From: Candidatus Obscuribacteraceae bacterium
GTDB lineage: Bacteria; Cyanobacteriota; Vampirovibrionia; Obscuribacterales; Obscuribacteraceae
Length of the DNA: 64,000 bases
Reading direction: 5' to 3'
Assembly (NCBI GenBank): GCA_044226015.1
Contig: JBGAHS010000008.1
Span: forward strand, 448,001 to 512,000
Shown: piece after piece, positions 46,476-61,400 of the stretch
How positions within the stretch are numbered: the first letter of the stretch is position 1
Layout: each line of letters opens with the position of its first letter
The notes under the pieces: model-generated
What the model saw: only the letters and a program-made list of their open reading frames with translations
What the model was told of the DNA's origin: nothing
Databases searched by the model: none
Position numbers and translations under genes: made by a program

Positions 46476-49400
46476 TTACTTCTCTTTCTGTGCAGGTGCT
46501 GCAACCTGAACGAACTGACCATGCCTTGCAGTAACTTGAGTCAGGACGGCAGCCATCTTGACCAACTTATTGGCAATAGCTTTATCTGCAGGGTTGCTAC
46601 TGTTGACGAGGTCTTGCAAGAACTCGGAGTTTTCAGCTTGCATCAAAGTAGGCAACGGAACTTCAGCACGTTGCATGTACATTCCATTTGGAACTGGAAT
46701 GCCACGAACTTTACGGCGTCCCATTGTGTCTTTTGATAGGGCACGATTAACACCGGTCTGATCCCATCCGAGAACGGATTCTTCACCAGCTGCGATGTCG
46801 ACATATTTGCCGTCAGCAACAAGCTGCCTGATGTCTCCGTGTCCGAGTTCCCAAAGATTGCGCACTTTGGTTACTTTGTCAGCAACCGTGACGAGAGCAA
46901 TAGTGTTGGGTTGAATCATAACCATTGAATGCGGTGTCTTCACAACGGTTAGCTTGTCGGTTGAAACAAGAACCTCACCGTTGGTTAGCTGCATCACTGT
47001 TGGGTGGTCGAAGGAGATTGAAGCCTTACCATGTTTCACAACAGCTGTGTGAGTCGTGAATGTGTGGATACTGCCAGAAACTCCAGTCGAGCCGTTGAAG
47101 GAAATTGGCTTGAGTACTGCTTCCGAAGCGTCGTCGCTACCAATGCCTTCGGTGCTTCCAATTTCAGTCACAGCACCCACGCCAGCTGGCATGATTGTCG
47201 GCAATTCAAGCATCGATTTTTGTAACGGTTTTGGCGAACTGCCGCTGCCTGGACGTGGAGCGAGAGGCTTAGCTTCTTTATCTACTTTGTCCTTCAAATT
47301 CTTGATCTTGTTTCGGGTCTGGTAGAAACTACCTGCATTACAAACAAGCAGTTTTTCCTTGTTCATCATCATCTTCTGGTCGAATTTGCTTGCGCGAATC
47401 TTAATACCAGGAACGGTGATGCTACCTACGATCGGTTCACGATCTACCCCATCAACAGGAATCAATTCTTCATCAGACAACGATGCATCTGCCAAACAGA
47501 TTTCTTCACCAGCCTTAGCTGTGATGGTCTTTATCTCGCCATTACGGTTAACAGTGATGGTGGCTTCGTTTCCAGAGAGGTTAGCAACACGGGTGATACC
47601 GTCGGCAGTTTGCTGAATTACAGCAGCACTATTTCCAGCAACACTTACGTCGCCGAAGCCGGTATTAACCTTGATTGGTTGCTTACCAACCATCGCAACG
47701 ATCTTTCCTTGCTGCAATGTGACCGTACGATTGTCAGCTTTGAAGGCTGTGCCTTTTTCGCCAACCATCATGGTGTCATCATCATCTTCGAGGAAGAATG
47801 GTTGACATGCGCCACCAGCTATGTAGTAGGCGTTAGTTGCCTGAGCAGCGTTTTTCTTCAATGCGCTCTGGTCAAGCAAGTATTGTGCGTTTTGCTGCAA
47901 CTGGATGTTTACAGTTCTGGTAGCGTCTGTAGCGACAATGCCAGAGCCAACGGAATTGAACGAAGGAACTGTGTTTGAGCTTGTCTGAACAATTACGTTA
48001 ACACCTTCAACGGTACCACCCGGAGGAATAACAACTGGCACATCGGATGCAACAACAATAGGCGGCGAGGTTGTATACACGTTTGTAGCACCTGCCAGGT
48101 CGACGCCAGCACCAGCGGGTGGGTCAATCACAATGATGCCGCCCGCAGCATTGAATATATTGCCGTTGGTTATGGTCTTTCCAGGAATGTTTTCTGGAGG
48201 ACCCGATGGATTTTGATTTGGTCCTTGCTCTGTCATGACTACAGTCAAACCACCAGTTCGTCCGGAGGTCGCGCTTGCGAAGTTATTCGCAGCTGGCTTA
48301 AAGCCAAGCGGACTGGCACCATTATCAAAAACGTTGACCAGGGTAACAGCATTTCTTTGCTGTGATGCAAATTGCAGCTGCTGAGCTGGTGTGATGAGTG
48401 TACTGCCAGGGGTACCATTCACGGATGGGTAGACACCAGTCGGCACGCCAGCATAGAGACCAACGGCTCCACCTGTGTGGTTGAACATTTCGAATCCACC
48501 AGGCGCAAGAGCGCTATTGTCCAGAGGGGCCTTCTTGCCGTAATCAGTCTTCAAGGCGATTACGAGAGGATTTTCCTGAATCAACTGAGTCGTCGTGCTT
48601 GCCGTTGAGCATGATGGACAGTCGACGGTGACAGACGAGCTGCTGCCATTTGCATGGAAAGTAGTGGTCTGGGTCAGGAAGCCAGCCTTGCCGTTTGACA
48701 TAACGCCAGCAAAAGTATTAACGACTTGCTTGGCATCAGGAACAATCATCGAGACAGAGAAGATGTTATTCGGCTTGGCGCTGCTGACATCTCCACCACC
48801 TGCGCTTAGAACAATTCTGTTTGCTACATCTACTATGACATTGCCACCATAGGAGCCCAAGGTCAATTTCTGACCAGCGACAAACGAATTGGCAGAATTG
48901 ATGATAGTGCCACCATTGATGGTGCCCTGGCTCCAGGTCGATGGGTCGCCATTGTCATTGAAATTATTCATGTCTAACGAACCACCCCAGGAGGTGAGAT
49001 TAACATTGTAACCAAATACAATGTTGCGAGGTCCTTGTCCAGTTACTGAACCAGAAGCCTGGTAGCCACCGGAAGCCTGGTCTTTACTTGAACCAACGAC
49101 ACCGCCGAAGATAGGAGCTCCGGGGTTATACGGGTTACGGTTGTCGATCAACACGCGTCCAACTGACTTAAATGGCATACCAGCAGCCGTTGAACTCATG
49201 TTCAATGGAATACACAATGGGCACTTGCCGTAGCCTGTGAAGTTGGTGTTGTTCTTCCAGGTAGACCACATCTGGGTCTGCTGGACGCTTGGTCCCTTGC
49301 CAAGGTCGTAAGCGAATCCATCAGCAAACTGACCAGCAGAAACTGTTATACCCACTGGCGTAGAGCCCACCGAAACAGGGTTGCTTCCACCTTGTGTGGT

Positions 49401-52400
49401 GGGTGACGCATTCACGTTGTACTCGATGACATTGCCCAATGTAATCTGCTTAGTACCAACAATTGTCACATTGAAAGCCGCAGAGATAGTGGTGCCATCT
49501 TGAACAACCAGATCACTACCACCAACAATGAGTCCACCATTTGTAATTGCAGCCTCATTTGCAGCCTTTTGATTTGGATCTAGTGCTCTGATTGTGACAC
49601 TTCCACTGGTAGACTTCATGTATCCGCCAAGTCCACCGAAAATGACCGGAACTGAAGAGCCCTTCGCATCAGCATTGTTTCTCACGGTGATATTGAGGTC
49701 GGAATGGCTTGTGTCCCAACCAGTGTCAAGAACGCTGTTGCCATTAGAGTCGACAAGGAAGAACCCTGGGGCTACTGGCTTAGCTATAGCGGCACCACCA
49801 GCGATGGCATTAACACTGCCGAGAGCAGTTTCGAGGTCCATAGTGACACTACCAAACGGCGCATTCAGGTCGATTCTGCCACCGTTAACATCGATAACGC
49901 TGTTGCTGCCTCTCCAAGGCATATTCAAATCACCATGCTCAACAGTGACTGACATTGAATCTTCGGCCGAAACTTTGTTGTTCAAATTCAGGTTGAAGGC
50001 AGTACCGTAGCCAGCTCCCTCAAAGTCAAATTCGATGGTCTTAGTACTACGAAGAGCATTGGTCGCACTTCCAATGTTCAAGAAAGTCTGGTTTCCAGGA
50101 TTGCCGACAGAACCGCTAAGTTTGATTAGCAGACCACCAGCATCACCATAGATGTAGTGATCGCCGGCTCCTCCATTGGCAATTCCATGCTGAGTTAGCT
50201 TAGTCGCCGGATTGAGGGCTTTGCCATCCAAGAAGATAACAGGTGCATCAATAACGCCACTATCAATGTTTGTGTTCTGAACAGTGACTCCCGTAGTCGC
50301 AAATGCTTTGCCATCCAGGGTATTCCTATTGGTCAAAGTAATTTGGGTTCCAGAGGAAATCGAGAAGTCATTCGTGATGTTTGGAACGTGCAACGACATG
50401 TCTGACGCTGCAACGATGTTGGTAGCAGTCACAACTTTATTAGCGAACTGCAAGTGCACCTCACCAGGCTGATTGCCCGGCATGCTCAGCGTGAGCGTAG
50501 CCTTGCTTGAGCCTGGCGTGACTGCCGACGTTGCAAAAGTTATCGGGTCAGCGGCCGTTCCAATATTGCCAGCCAGTGTGCTTATGGTAGCTGATGGAGT
50601 TGATGATTTGAATATAATCAAACTCGAATTGTCACCGCGAGTGATATCGCCACCAGCAGCCAGAATAAAGGTATTACTGGAAGCATCAGTGAAATTGATA
50701 CTCTTGCCCGCATCGAGAGCTACCGCACTAGCTGTAGACTGAAGCTCAAACTTACCTCCAACTGTGATTTGCTTGCTGCTTAAGCCGAACAGATTTGGCA
50801 TGCTGCTCAGATGAAGCTGAGATACACCTGTGTTTACCACCTTAGCGTCTTTACCAGCAACAAAGGACAGCGTTGCAGGGTTAGCTCCAGCAGAACTCAT
50901 TGCAACCTTGACATCGATGCCACCAGTTCTTGCATAGAAGGAAGCATTTGTAGCTGACAACACTCCGTTGTTAGCATTGCTGATACCAGATGCTGAATTG
51001 GTAGCCATATTCAATGTATAAGCGTTTCCGACACCGGGCACACCAGAGACATTCAAGGCATCTTGCTGAATACCAGCCGTCATAGTCTGGCTACCTATAT
51101 TCACTGTCGCTGCATGAATCGCAGAAAAATCTCCACTGCTCATTGAGTATGCACCAAGCAGCCCCGCACCACCGAGGAAAACATTCTTCACTGCAGTATC
51201 AGGTAGCAGCGTGAGCACATTGGTGCTGGTAACAGCGGTACCCAGAGTGAGTTTGCCGCCACCCAATCCCGACGCGAGTTCAATTGAATTAGAAACCACG
51301 CTCAGGTCACCATCAACTACAAGTTCCGAACTTCTAACTGCAAACAGGATGCCGGTCTTTCCTGTCGGATTAATCGACACAGCCTTTCCGCCGGTGAGGA
51401 CGCTGAACTTGCTGCCAGCGTTGCCGGTAACTATGAATTGACTTGTGGGTGAGAATGTGATTCCGCGAGGATTGTCTGATGTCTTAATCGCACCATTTCC
51501 ATTTACGTTGATGTTGTCGGTAGCGATATTCAAATCAGAACTTACTGCGCTATTGATCGATAGAGTTGCGTTGTTGAAAGCAAGGGTTCCGCTAGTGATG
51601 CTTACATCACCGCCAGCTGGCAATTTGCCCGCCGGATCACCAATAGTCTGGTCACCGTTGAAGGTAATCTTGTTGAGAATACCTCCAGAGCTGAGGTTGA
51701 CATTGATTACGTTGCCACCAGCATTCTTGATAGTTCCACCACCGCTTATCGTCATGTCACCAGTTGAGGTGATGGCGATAGTGCCATTAGCTTTGCTAGT
51801 GAGGACATTGCCAGCGTTGTTGAGCGTGCCACCGTCGATGTGCATGTTGATGTCGCCATCATTTCTGACGGTCTGGTTAGAACCGATGTTGACACCACCT
51901 GCAGCACCACTGGTATTGAAGTTAGCATCTCCATTACTCAAGAAGAGAGTTGAAGCTCCAAAGCTGCTGTTAACAGAAACCGTCTCATTGGCTGCCATAT
52001 TGAAGTTGTAAGCACCAGCACTTCCAAGAGCGATCTTGGCAATACCGCCTCCAGAGGTTCCCAGGTTGACTTGCAAATTGCTTGCACCATTTGTCTGGAA
52101 GCTCATGGCGTTTCCGCTGACATTCAGAGTTGGGTTAGCACCGTTGACACCGAGATTTAGGGTGTTACCGATGAATGCAACATTGTTGCCTCCAGCACTA
52201 CCTGCTGTGAATATCTCCGCACCGTCATTGATTGTGATGGTGTTGCCACGCATGGTGATGACCTTTCCGTCTCCACCATAGAAGCTTCCAGAGCTATTAA
52301 ATGTTAGATCTGCACGATTTCCGCTTGTTGGCGTACTACCTTGAGCAACCGTGTCGATGTTGCCTTCCAACAACATTCCATTGTCGGCTGTGACACCGGT

Positions 52401-55400
52401 GTTGTTCTTGAGGTTGCCAGAATTCACTCCGATAACCAGAGTTCCAGCATTATTGGTAGTTGTATTCAGTTGCGTTCCAGGAGCACCAGTAATGTTCACG
52501 TCATTGCCGGCGTTCTTGTTAGCGATGATGATGTCAGCGCCCTGGGTAGACAATGCAGTCTTCGGGTTGCTCAAGGATATGCTGAGGTCGTCGCCATTTG
52601 GCGCTTGAATCACAATACCCTGACCGCTTATCTTAGCAGTTGAGATGGAATTGTCGCCACCCATAACCAGAGCATTGCTGGTCATTGTGATCAGCGAATT
52701 TCCTGTGCTGCTGATGGAAGATCCGGAACCTAGATTCACACCATTTGGTGCTGTAACCGAAATGCCTGCACCCGTCTGAATGCTGTTTCCGCCATCAAGA
52801 GTCAAGCTGTCAGAAACGAAAGTGTAGACGCTAGCGGAACCATTGCTGCCGATAGTACCATTGCTGAGAACGTGCATTCCGTTATTTGTATTGAAATTGA
52901 CGTTTCCTGTTCCGGCATCATAGATACCTGCGCCACTAACCGTGATGGAGTCGGGGCTGACACCAGCATTGGCAGTGAAGCTCAGCAGATTGGTGGTACC
53001 ATTTGCAGCTTGAATTGAAGAGGTGTTATTTACGGACAAGTCACCACTCGTGGCTTGCACTGTGACGTTTCTGGCACCAGCTGGTAGAAGGTTTGGAATT
53101 CCCAGGTTATAGCCAGCGGCCATAGGCGATGTGTTAGTGACAGAACCGCCAGTAGCGAAGTTAACGGCTACGCTACCCTGGCTCTGCATTCCTGGTGTGG
53201 AACCTGAGCCTAGAGCACCAGTGGTGCTGTTTGTGAGAGTGCCGGTGCCAGCTCCTAGAATAGTGGTGAAGTTGAAGGTCGAGTTGCCTTGAACCTGCAA
53301 TTGACCATTATTGATGAAGGAACCATTATTGGTGGTATTGAATACGAAATCGCCGAATCCACCGCCATTAGTCTTCACCTGAATTGTCGCGCCAGAGCTA
53401 ATTTGAACAGTTGTGTTCGGGTTGCTTGGTGTAGCGATAGGTCCAGGAATTGGGAAGTTCGCTGGGCTACCAGTACCTGAGTTAAGGACAACGGTGCCAC
53501 TATCAGAAGCCAGAACAAGTGCTGTCTTCGAGCTTCCATCAATTGCTTTGAAGACAACGCCATTAGCAGCATTGATTATGAAGCTACCAGATGTTGCTTC
53601 CAGCAGAGGGGGGCGGGTCTGGTCAATGGTTGCGTTGTTGCTTGAAAGGATTTGCAACGGCGCTTTGGTATCCGAGCTGGAAATGATCACGCTGGTGCCG
53701 CTCAGTTCACCGGTTACCTGAACCTTCTGATTGGTTGCATCTGTAATATTGATGATCAACGGTGAGTTACTGACGATTTTGCCATCAACGATGATGCCCG
53801 CTGGGTAAGTCGCGGTTCCATTAATGAAGAGTCTGACGTGCTGCTCTACGGTGGGAGATGGGCTATTGCCTGGTGCTCCGATTGTGACAGCCGGGCTCGT
53901 CACGCCTGGAACCACGGAACCATCTGAGCCAAGATGGATTGAGAACCAATCAGCTGCAGCTCCGCTGTTGTTATGGAAGTTAATGGTCTTTCCAGCGTCT
54001 GCAAGTATGCTGATGGAACCAGTGTTACCCGTGGTGATCGTTGCAGTGTTTGGATTTGCACCCTGAATGATGAGATTGTTTGCAGGTTGAGCCTGAATGA
54101 TGACATTGCTGGAAGCAGCTGTTGAGCCAATTGCCGTGTTATCGAACAAGGTCAAGGTGTTCTGTGTGAAGCTTATTGTGCCACCGTCTGTGCTCAGCAG
54201 TTGTGTCGAACCAGACTGAACCACTGTCTGTCCGGCAGAGAAATTGACATTGCCACCGTTACCTACAGATTGTGTGTTGTAGGTCAAGGTACCGGAGAGA
54301 TTGAGCACTCCAGAAGAGGATACATTAATCGCATTTGCAGCCTGGTTAGCAGGAGTCACTGTTTGGATGGTACCAGTACCAGCCAGGAAGAGGTCTCCAG
54401 AAGTGCTTCTGATTTGGAGATTTGCCGCACCTGCACTCTTTGCATCACTGATGAACCCGTTTACCGTGATGGTGTTGCCACCATTGACTGTCCAGACCTG
54501 ATCTCCTGTGGATGTCACACCTACACCAGCATTGACTGTTGTAGCTCCCTGCGCATTGACGGCGAGATCACCAGTTACATTGTAGGATGCCAAACCACCC
54601 GTGTTGAATGAGAGCGACTTGCCTGCAGCAAGTGATTGGATTGTCGTGCCTGTGCTTGAACCGATGCTAGCAGCGCCAGTCAGGTTCAAATCGAGGTTTC
54701 CGTTGGCTGTGGAAATGCTGACACTGTTACCAGTACTAGATGAACCAGCGCCAAGATTAACTACCAGATCGCCTGCAGCGCCACCATCTAGAGTCAGAGC
54801 GCCAGCTGCGTTAAGTGTTCCATTGTTAGTGATACTTCCATTTGATGCATGCAGGGTGATTGCGCCACCAGCTGTAGTGCTAATAGATTGTGAGTTCGTT
54901 ATAGAAGAACTCGTCATCGTGATGGAACCATTCGAGGTCAAATCAAGTGGGTTGCTGATAGCTCCTGCGCCAGTTGTGGTGAAGTTGCTAGCGCCATCCA
55001 CATGGAATGTGCCTGCTCCCGAGAGAACAATATTCTTTCCTGCAGTCGTAGTACCGAAGTTTATATTAGTAGCTGTGAAAGTTGCGTTGGTTGGATTTAC
55101 GCCAGGTCCGGCGATAGTCAGGTCACCAGTAGAACCGTCAAATACATTGATAGTTCCAGCAGGATTTGCGCCGGTACCGAAGAATGCCGCATCCGCTAGC
55201 AAGATTGATGGAGAGGTGAGGTTAACAACCTGACCACCAAAGCTTTGAGACTGGCTCTTAGCGAAAGAAACGCTAGAAGCGCTAAAATTGGTAGCACCAG
55301 AGGACAACCAGGTAGTTGAACCATTCAGAGAGAGTCCAGTAGTACCACTAACGCTCAGTTGTCCAGCACTCTTGATGACACCACCGTTAAGGCCTGTAGC

Positions 55401-58400
55401 TGCTTTGCCAGCGCTGCTGAAGGAGATGTCGCCAGATGTGGTACGGACGCCACCGTTACCGCCTCCAGCTGCAGACACGAACAGGTTCATCAATCCAGAT
55501 GAATTGGTGGACGAAGCGCTGAGGCTTCCGGCTTGAACAACGCTAGTGCCTAGAACAGTAAAGGTCATACCAGCTGCACTGTTGCTGGTCAGGGTCATCG
55601 CGTTGGTTACGGTAGTAGTACCAAGCGAGTTTGTGAATGCGAGAGATCCACTGCCGGAGGTTTCAGAGAAAGATGCGCTCGAGAAACTTGCGGAGTTACT
55701 ATAGACTGCCGAGGTTGTGCCACTTATCTTCGCAGCACCGGTCACAGTTGATGAGCCACCGTTGCCAAAACTTGCCTGTCCGGCAGAGGCAGTGACGCTG
55801 AGGTCGCTACCGACTGTCATGGTTCCGTTCTGAGTCACAGATACGGTGGTTCCCTTGAAGGTCGTTGTAGTGCCAGAACTCAGAGTACCAGCACTAGTAG
55901 CAATCAAGCCTGCAGAGTTTTGAACAGTCAGAGCGCCGCCAGCAGTTGCTGTTCCCGAGTTTTGGAAACTTGATGTATTGATGGTCAGGTCAGAGCTTCC
56001 ACCGTTTGCATTCAGAGAGAAGCCAGCACCGATTGTGAGAACATTAGTAGCTGGGGTTGTAGCAGTCAGACTGGTAGAAGAATTGACGTTAACAAACCCG
56101 GTGTTGCCAGACGCGCCATTACCGATAGTGATGTTACCAGCGGTGGCATTAAGCTGAGGGTTGCTGGCAGAGATATTCAAAGTGCCAGTGCCAGCTGCAG
56201 CCTGTCCGCGAATCTGAATTGCATCAGCAGCGCTGGAACCAGAGATGTTCAGTGAACCACCATTGGTATTGATCGTGGACGTGCCAGATCTTACTTCAAT
56301 GATGATCGCGCCAGCGCCATTGTTTATTGTTGTGTTGCTCTTCGAGGTACTTGCCACGAATCCACCATTGCTCAGAACAAGCAAAGGTGTGGTAACAGAC
56401 AGAGGAGCATCAACCACATTGTTAATGGACTGATTTCCTGTTGCAACAATCGAGGTTGAACCGGTAAGCGAAAGACCTGCGCTTCCAACTTTGTAGCTGT
56501 TTGCACCAAGATTGAGCGTGTTAGTTGCATTGGCGGTCACGCCTTTGCCAGCGCCGAAGGCATTGAATGTACTGCCCGTCAGGGTTGTGTCAACCGTGCT
56601 CTGAGCAACTATATTGCCTGAAGTTGAACTCAAGATGCTGCCGGAGATGCTTGTGTTGCCACCAGCTGTAACGTTAATATCACCACCGGAGTTAAAAGTA
56701 GCAGAACTGACGGTGGCATCCTGACCAGCTTTAACAGTTATGGTGCCAGAATTTGCATTAAGAGTGTTACCAGAAATTGAGACACTCTTGGCACCAGTTG
56801 TATTGAAATTCAAATTACCAGTGCTTGAGCTGATGCTACCAGTTCCAGTGACAGAGATGTTACTGGCAGCGTTGACTCCATTGAATATGAAATCATTGGT
56901 TGAGCTAACGACATTATTGTTGCTTAGAGTAGCTGTGCTGGCAGTGTTATTCGTGAGGGTCATCGCAGCCGAAGACTGCAAGGTGCCGGTAGCAGTGTTG
57001 GTGATTGTCCAACCACCACCTGAAGAAGCGTCGACATTGAAATTGCCTGTCGAAGAAATCTTACCAGAGTTAGTCAGAGTACCGCTGAACTCATTGAGAG
57101 CAAAGGCTCCGGCCGATGTAATATTGCCCGAATTGTTGATGTCTCCAGCCCAATTGACATTGATAGGAGCTGCGTTACTCGTATTGATAGTGCCAGCATT
57201 GGTGAAAGTGCCAGTGCTGCCGGAACCTGCTACACCAATTGTCAGCTGACTGTTGGAGTTGATGGCTAGTGTGCTCTGGCTCTGATTGAAATTCTTATTC
57301 GAAGCAATGTTGAAGTTCACATTTGCATCGTTGAAGTTCAAGCTGCCATTGCTAGCAGCAAAGTTAAGATTGCCTGCAGGATTGATATTGAACGCTCCAC
57401 CGGCACTCTTCGAGTTCAGGGTCTCAGCGCCGTTGACGCTTATCGACATTGCCCCAGCACCGTTCGATATGGTGAAGACAGAACCATTTGCACCAGTACC
57501 ATTTATGGTGCCACCGTTGAAGTCGATGTTGCCACTTGTGATGTTGATAGCGGCACCATTGAGGATGGTCTGGGTGCTCGTGTCGGAGAAGTTCACGTTG
57601 CCAGCAACGAAGTTAACAGACTTCGTGCCGCCAACATCATAGGTTCTGCTGCCACCGATGTTGAGCGCATTGGTCGCTGCCAGGGTGATGTCACCTTTAT
57701 TGGAGACGATTGAACCTGTTCCGCTAAGAGTGAGATTGCCAGTCGAGCTAGTTGCGAAACTACCGTCGGCAGTAACACCACCGACATTGTTGATGGTGCC
57801 ACCATTCCAATTGATAGTCATTGTTGCAGACTTGCTTGTGCTTAATGAGCTACCGCCATTAATGGTCAATGTGCCAGTAGCACCATTGATGACCATGTTG
57901 CTGTCTTCGCTGAGCTGTATTTGACCAGCACCAGCACCGGTACCGAAATTCACATTTCCTGCGCCAGATACGCTGATGGTCGGAACAGCATTCGTGTTAG
58001 CAGCACCACCGGAAATCGCGATAGTAGATCCGGCACCAGCTCCCTGGAAGTTGACATTGTTGCCAGCGCTGCCCGGGGTGAACTGCACGTTGCCTGAGCC
58101 ACCGGTGAAGTTGAAACCAACGGTGCCTGTTCCAAGATTCTTCACTGTGAGGTCAGAGCCGGAAGGCGAGGTCACGGTAAAGAGACTGCCAGCCGCACTT
58201 GCATCAAATGAGCTGCCAGTGCTGAGTTCCAATATTGGGGTTGTGACAGTCAGGTTTTTGCCGTTAAGAACCGTTGTAGACTTCGTGTTAACGACTTTAT
58301 TGCCTGCGCCAGAACCTGTGCTCACAGAGCTCGAACCGCCTGCATCTAGCACGACAGAACCTAGAGTAACGACCCCATTGGTGGTCGAGATGCCGATGTT

Positions 58401-61400
58401 GTTGGAGCTTACGAAGCTCGAGCCACCATCGACTGTGACGTCACCGCCAGCTTGCGCAGCTATCGTGAGATCGCCAGCGCTTGCGGTTATCGCAGCGCCA
58501 TTGTTGCTCACGTCGATATTGCCACCGCCAGTGCTTCTGATCGTCGTCACAGCACCGCCCAACGCGGTAGACGAAGCATCGTTTTGAACTTTGAGTAGTC
58601 CAGCACCAGTGGTCAGAATGTCGAGAGTGCCAGTAGCAGCGATGGAACTTGCAGCGCGATTGCGAACCGTCATCGCACCAGCGCCAGATATTGTCAGGTT
58701 AGCACCTGCAGTCAGTCCACCCTGGTTATCAACCGTTCCACCACCCAGAACATTCAGGGTCACCCCAGCATTTTGCGAACTGACCTTTCCGCTGTTGGTG
58801 AGAAGGTTTATGCCGCTCAAGAGAATGTCTGCAGAGGCTCCGCTGGTTTGAATCACGCCAGAAGCGTTGTTGGTCATCGTACCAGCTGTGATATTGATGT
58901 TGCTGTTGTTTCCAGAGGTCTGCAAAGTTCCACTATTTGAGAAGTTGGCAGCTGTGGCAGTGACAGCATTGTTCGAGTCAACAGTGACGCCAGAAGCTAT
59001 AGTCAGGTCATTGCCGCCCAAAGTGAATGTAGAAGCGGCACCACGCAGATTCAATGTAGCGTTAGTGGTAGCGCCACCCTTCTGGATATTCATGCTGGAG
59101 GCAGGGTCGAAGGTAATTGCTCCACCGCCCGACTGAATAGTAGCGCTAGAAGTTGCAACACCATTTCCAACATTTATTGTTGGCACGGTGAAGGTTAGAG
59201 TTGTGGAACCTCCGAGCACGGCAATCTGAGCAGCATCACCGAGCGTCATCGAGCTGCCAGTGACTTGAAGCGCTTTGCCATTTGTTACAGTGACATGAGC
59301 GCCGGTGCCAGCGCCAGCGTCGAGAAGCGCCACGTCACCGTTGAAGTTGACCTGACCAACTGCACCAGCGGTGTCGGGGTTGAGGTTGATGCTGCTGCTT
59401 GCAGCAAAATTGACTCCACCACCAGCGATGCCTACGTTGATAGTTCCAGAGTTGCCAGCGCCGCTGAAACCAACAGTGTTGTTGTTCTGTGCGTTGATGA
59501 CGATGGTGCCGGGCACGCCAATGATTCCAACGTTGCTATAGTTATTGCGAATCAGTATAGAGCCGCCGTTTGCATTATCAACAATCTTGCCGGTTCCACT
59601 CATAATCAATGAAGGAGTATCGATGGTGATGCTGGCTCCGGTTACAGTTTCGCCATTGCCTATGGTGACAGAACCGGTGCCGCTGGTGATCAGCTTAACT
59701 GTGGTGCCTGAGTTGATTGTTCCAACTGAACTAATCGAATTAGAGTTTGTTGTTGTGAGCTGAATGTCATTGCCTGTCAGCGTAGAGCCGCTGGCAGAAA
59801 TATTTCCACCAGTAGAAGTCAGGTACAACTGACCGCTTACTGTAGATGTGTTGAGGTGAATTGCAGAATTCACCTGCCCGATGAAGGCATTACTTGCTGA
59901 AAGTGCGAGGTTGCCCACTTGAGTGCGCAGCGGAATACCGAGAGCTCCGACATCACCACTGGTGGCAGTCAAAGTAGCAGTGCCAGCAGCACCGGTAGTG
60001 ACAAATCCGAGTGCAGAATTTGCAATATTCGAAGCAGTGATGCTGACTGCAGACGCGGTGGCGTTGCTAGTGCCCAGCTGAGCATTCAGGGTCGCAGTAC
60101 CGGTCGAAGAAACAAGGATTGTACCGCTTGTAACTTGATTGCTGGAAACTGTGAATGTGTTGCCTGCTGTAATATTCCAATTGCTTGTTGCAGTTGCTCC
60201 GAGATCAAATGCACCAGCGACGTTACCAAGCTTGATGTCGCCAGCAGTGGCATTCAATCTGATGGTTCCTGGAGTAGCAGCCGCGCCGTTGGCGCTCAGT
60301 CCAATGCCAGTTCCGACGTTTGTGAATTGGCTGCCTTCGATATCGATGTTTCCACCAATCCCTGCGGCATTCGCGTTCAGCCCACCAAATCCGCTAAAAT
60401 CGATTGCACCATCGCCGTTTCCTAGCGCTTTGATGTTGATGCTGCCACCATTTGTGCCGCCGGTTACATCGACGCCGCTTACACCATTGAGGCTGATGCC
60501 TCCATTGCCTTGAGCAGCGATGCCATTGTTGAGAATTGAGACAGTACCACCAGTGCCACCACCAGAGCCCTTAGCTTGAACTGAGAGTCCGCTTATAGAG
60601 AATGGGGTACCAGTTTTGGTATTGTTTGTGAGAGCCACAACACCACCGTTTCCGTTACCGCTTGCATTTGCAGTGATGGCAGCGAGTGCGAATACTCCAG
60701 AGCCCCCCGTTGAGCTGATGGTGACGTTACCAGCAGTACCAGTGCTGCTGTTGGTGCTGATAGCAGTAGAACTGATATTGCGAACTGCAGTTAGCTGCAC
60801 ACTGCCACCGTCAATGGCGCTGACTGCACCACCAGAGATGGTGATATCACGTGATGAACTCACCTTAAGAGTGTTTGTGCCTGTGCTTATGCCAGCAGGA
60901 GAAGCAAGAATTACGTCAGAGCTTGCGCCTGTAGTTCTGAAAGTTGCAGTCGCAGGGTTGCTGCCCAAAACGATGCCACCAGTGCCGCCAGGAGCGATGC
61001 GCAGATTACCTGTGCCTGCTCCAACTGCTACAGCCCCAGCTCCGGTAATTGTTACGGTGCCATTGCTTATGGTGACCAGGTCAAAAGCACCGGTAGCTGA
61101 AGATGTACCAAGGTTTACGCTGCCATCTTGTTGAAGGAAAGCGTCACCGGCATTGGCAACGGCAGTCAAATTGGATGCCTTTGTTTTGAATGGCGAAGCA
61201 ACGCTAGTACCGATGCTAGTTGCAGAGTTCAGGTTCACGTTTACAGCCGACACGCTGCCGGCGCCGCTTATGCCATTTGCCGTTGTGGTCAAATTGATTG
61301 TCTGGCTGCCAGATATGTTCGCAGAAACGGTGATTGCACCGCTAGCCTGCAAGTCAAATACGTTGGAAACATTGAAACCTGCACCAGTTAAATTGATTGC

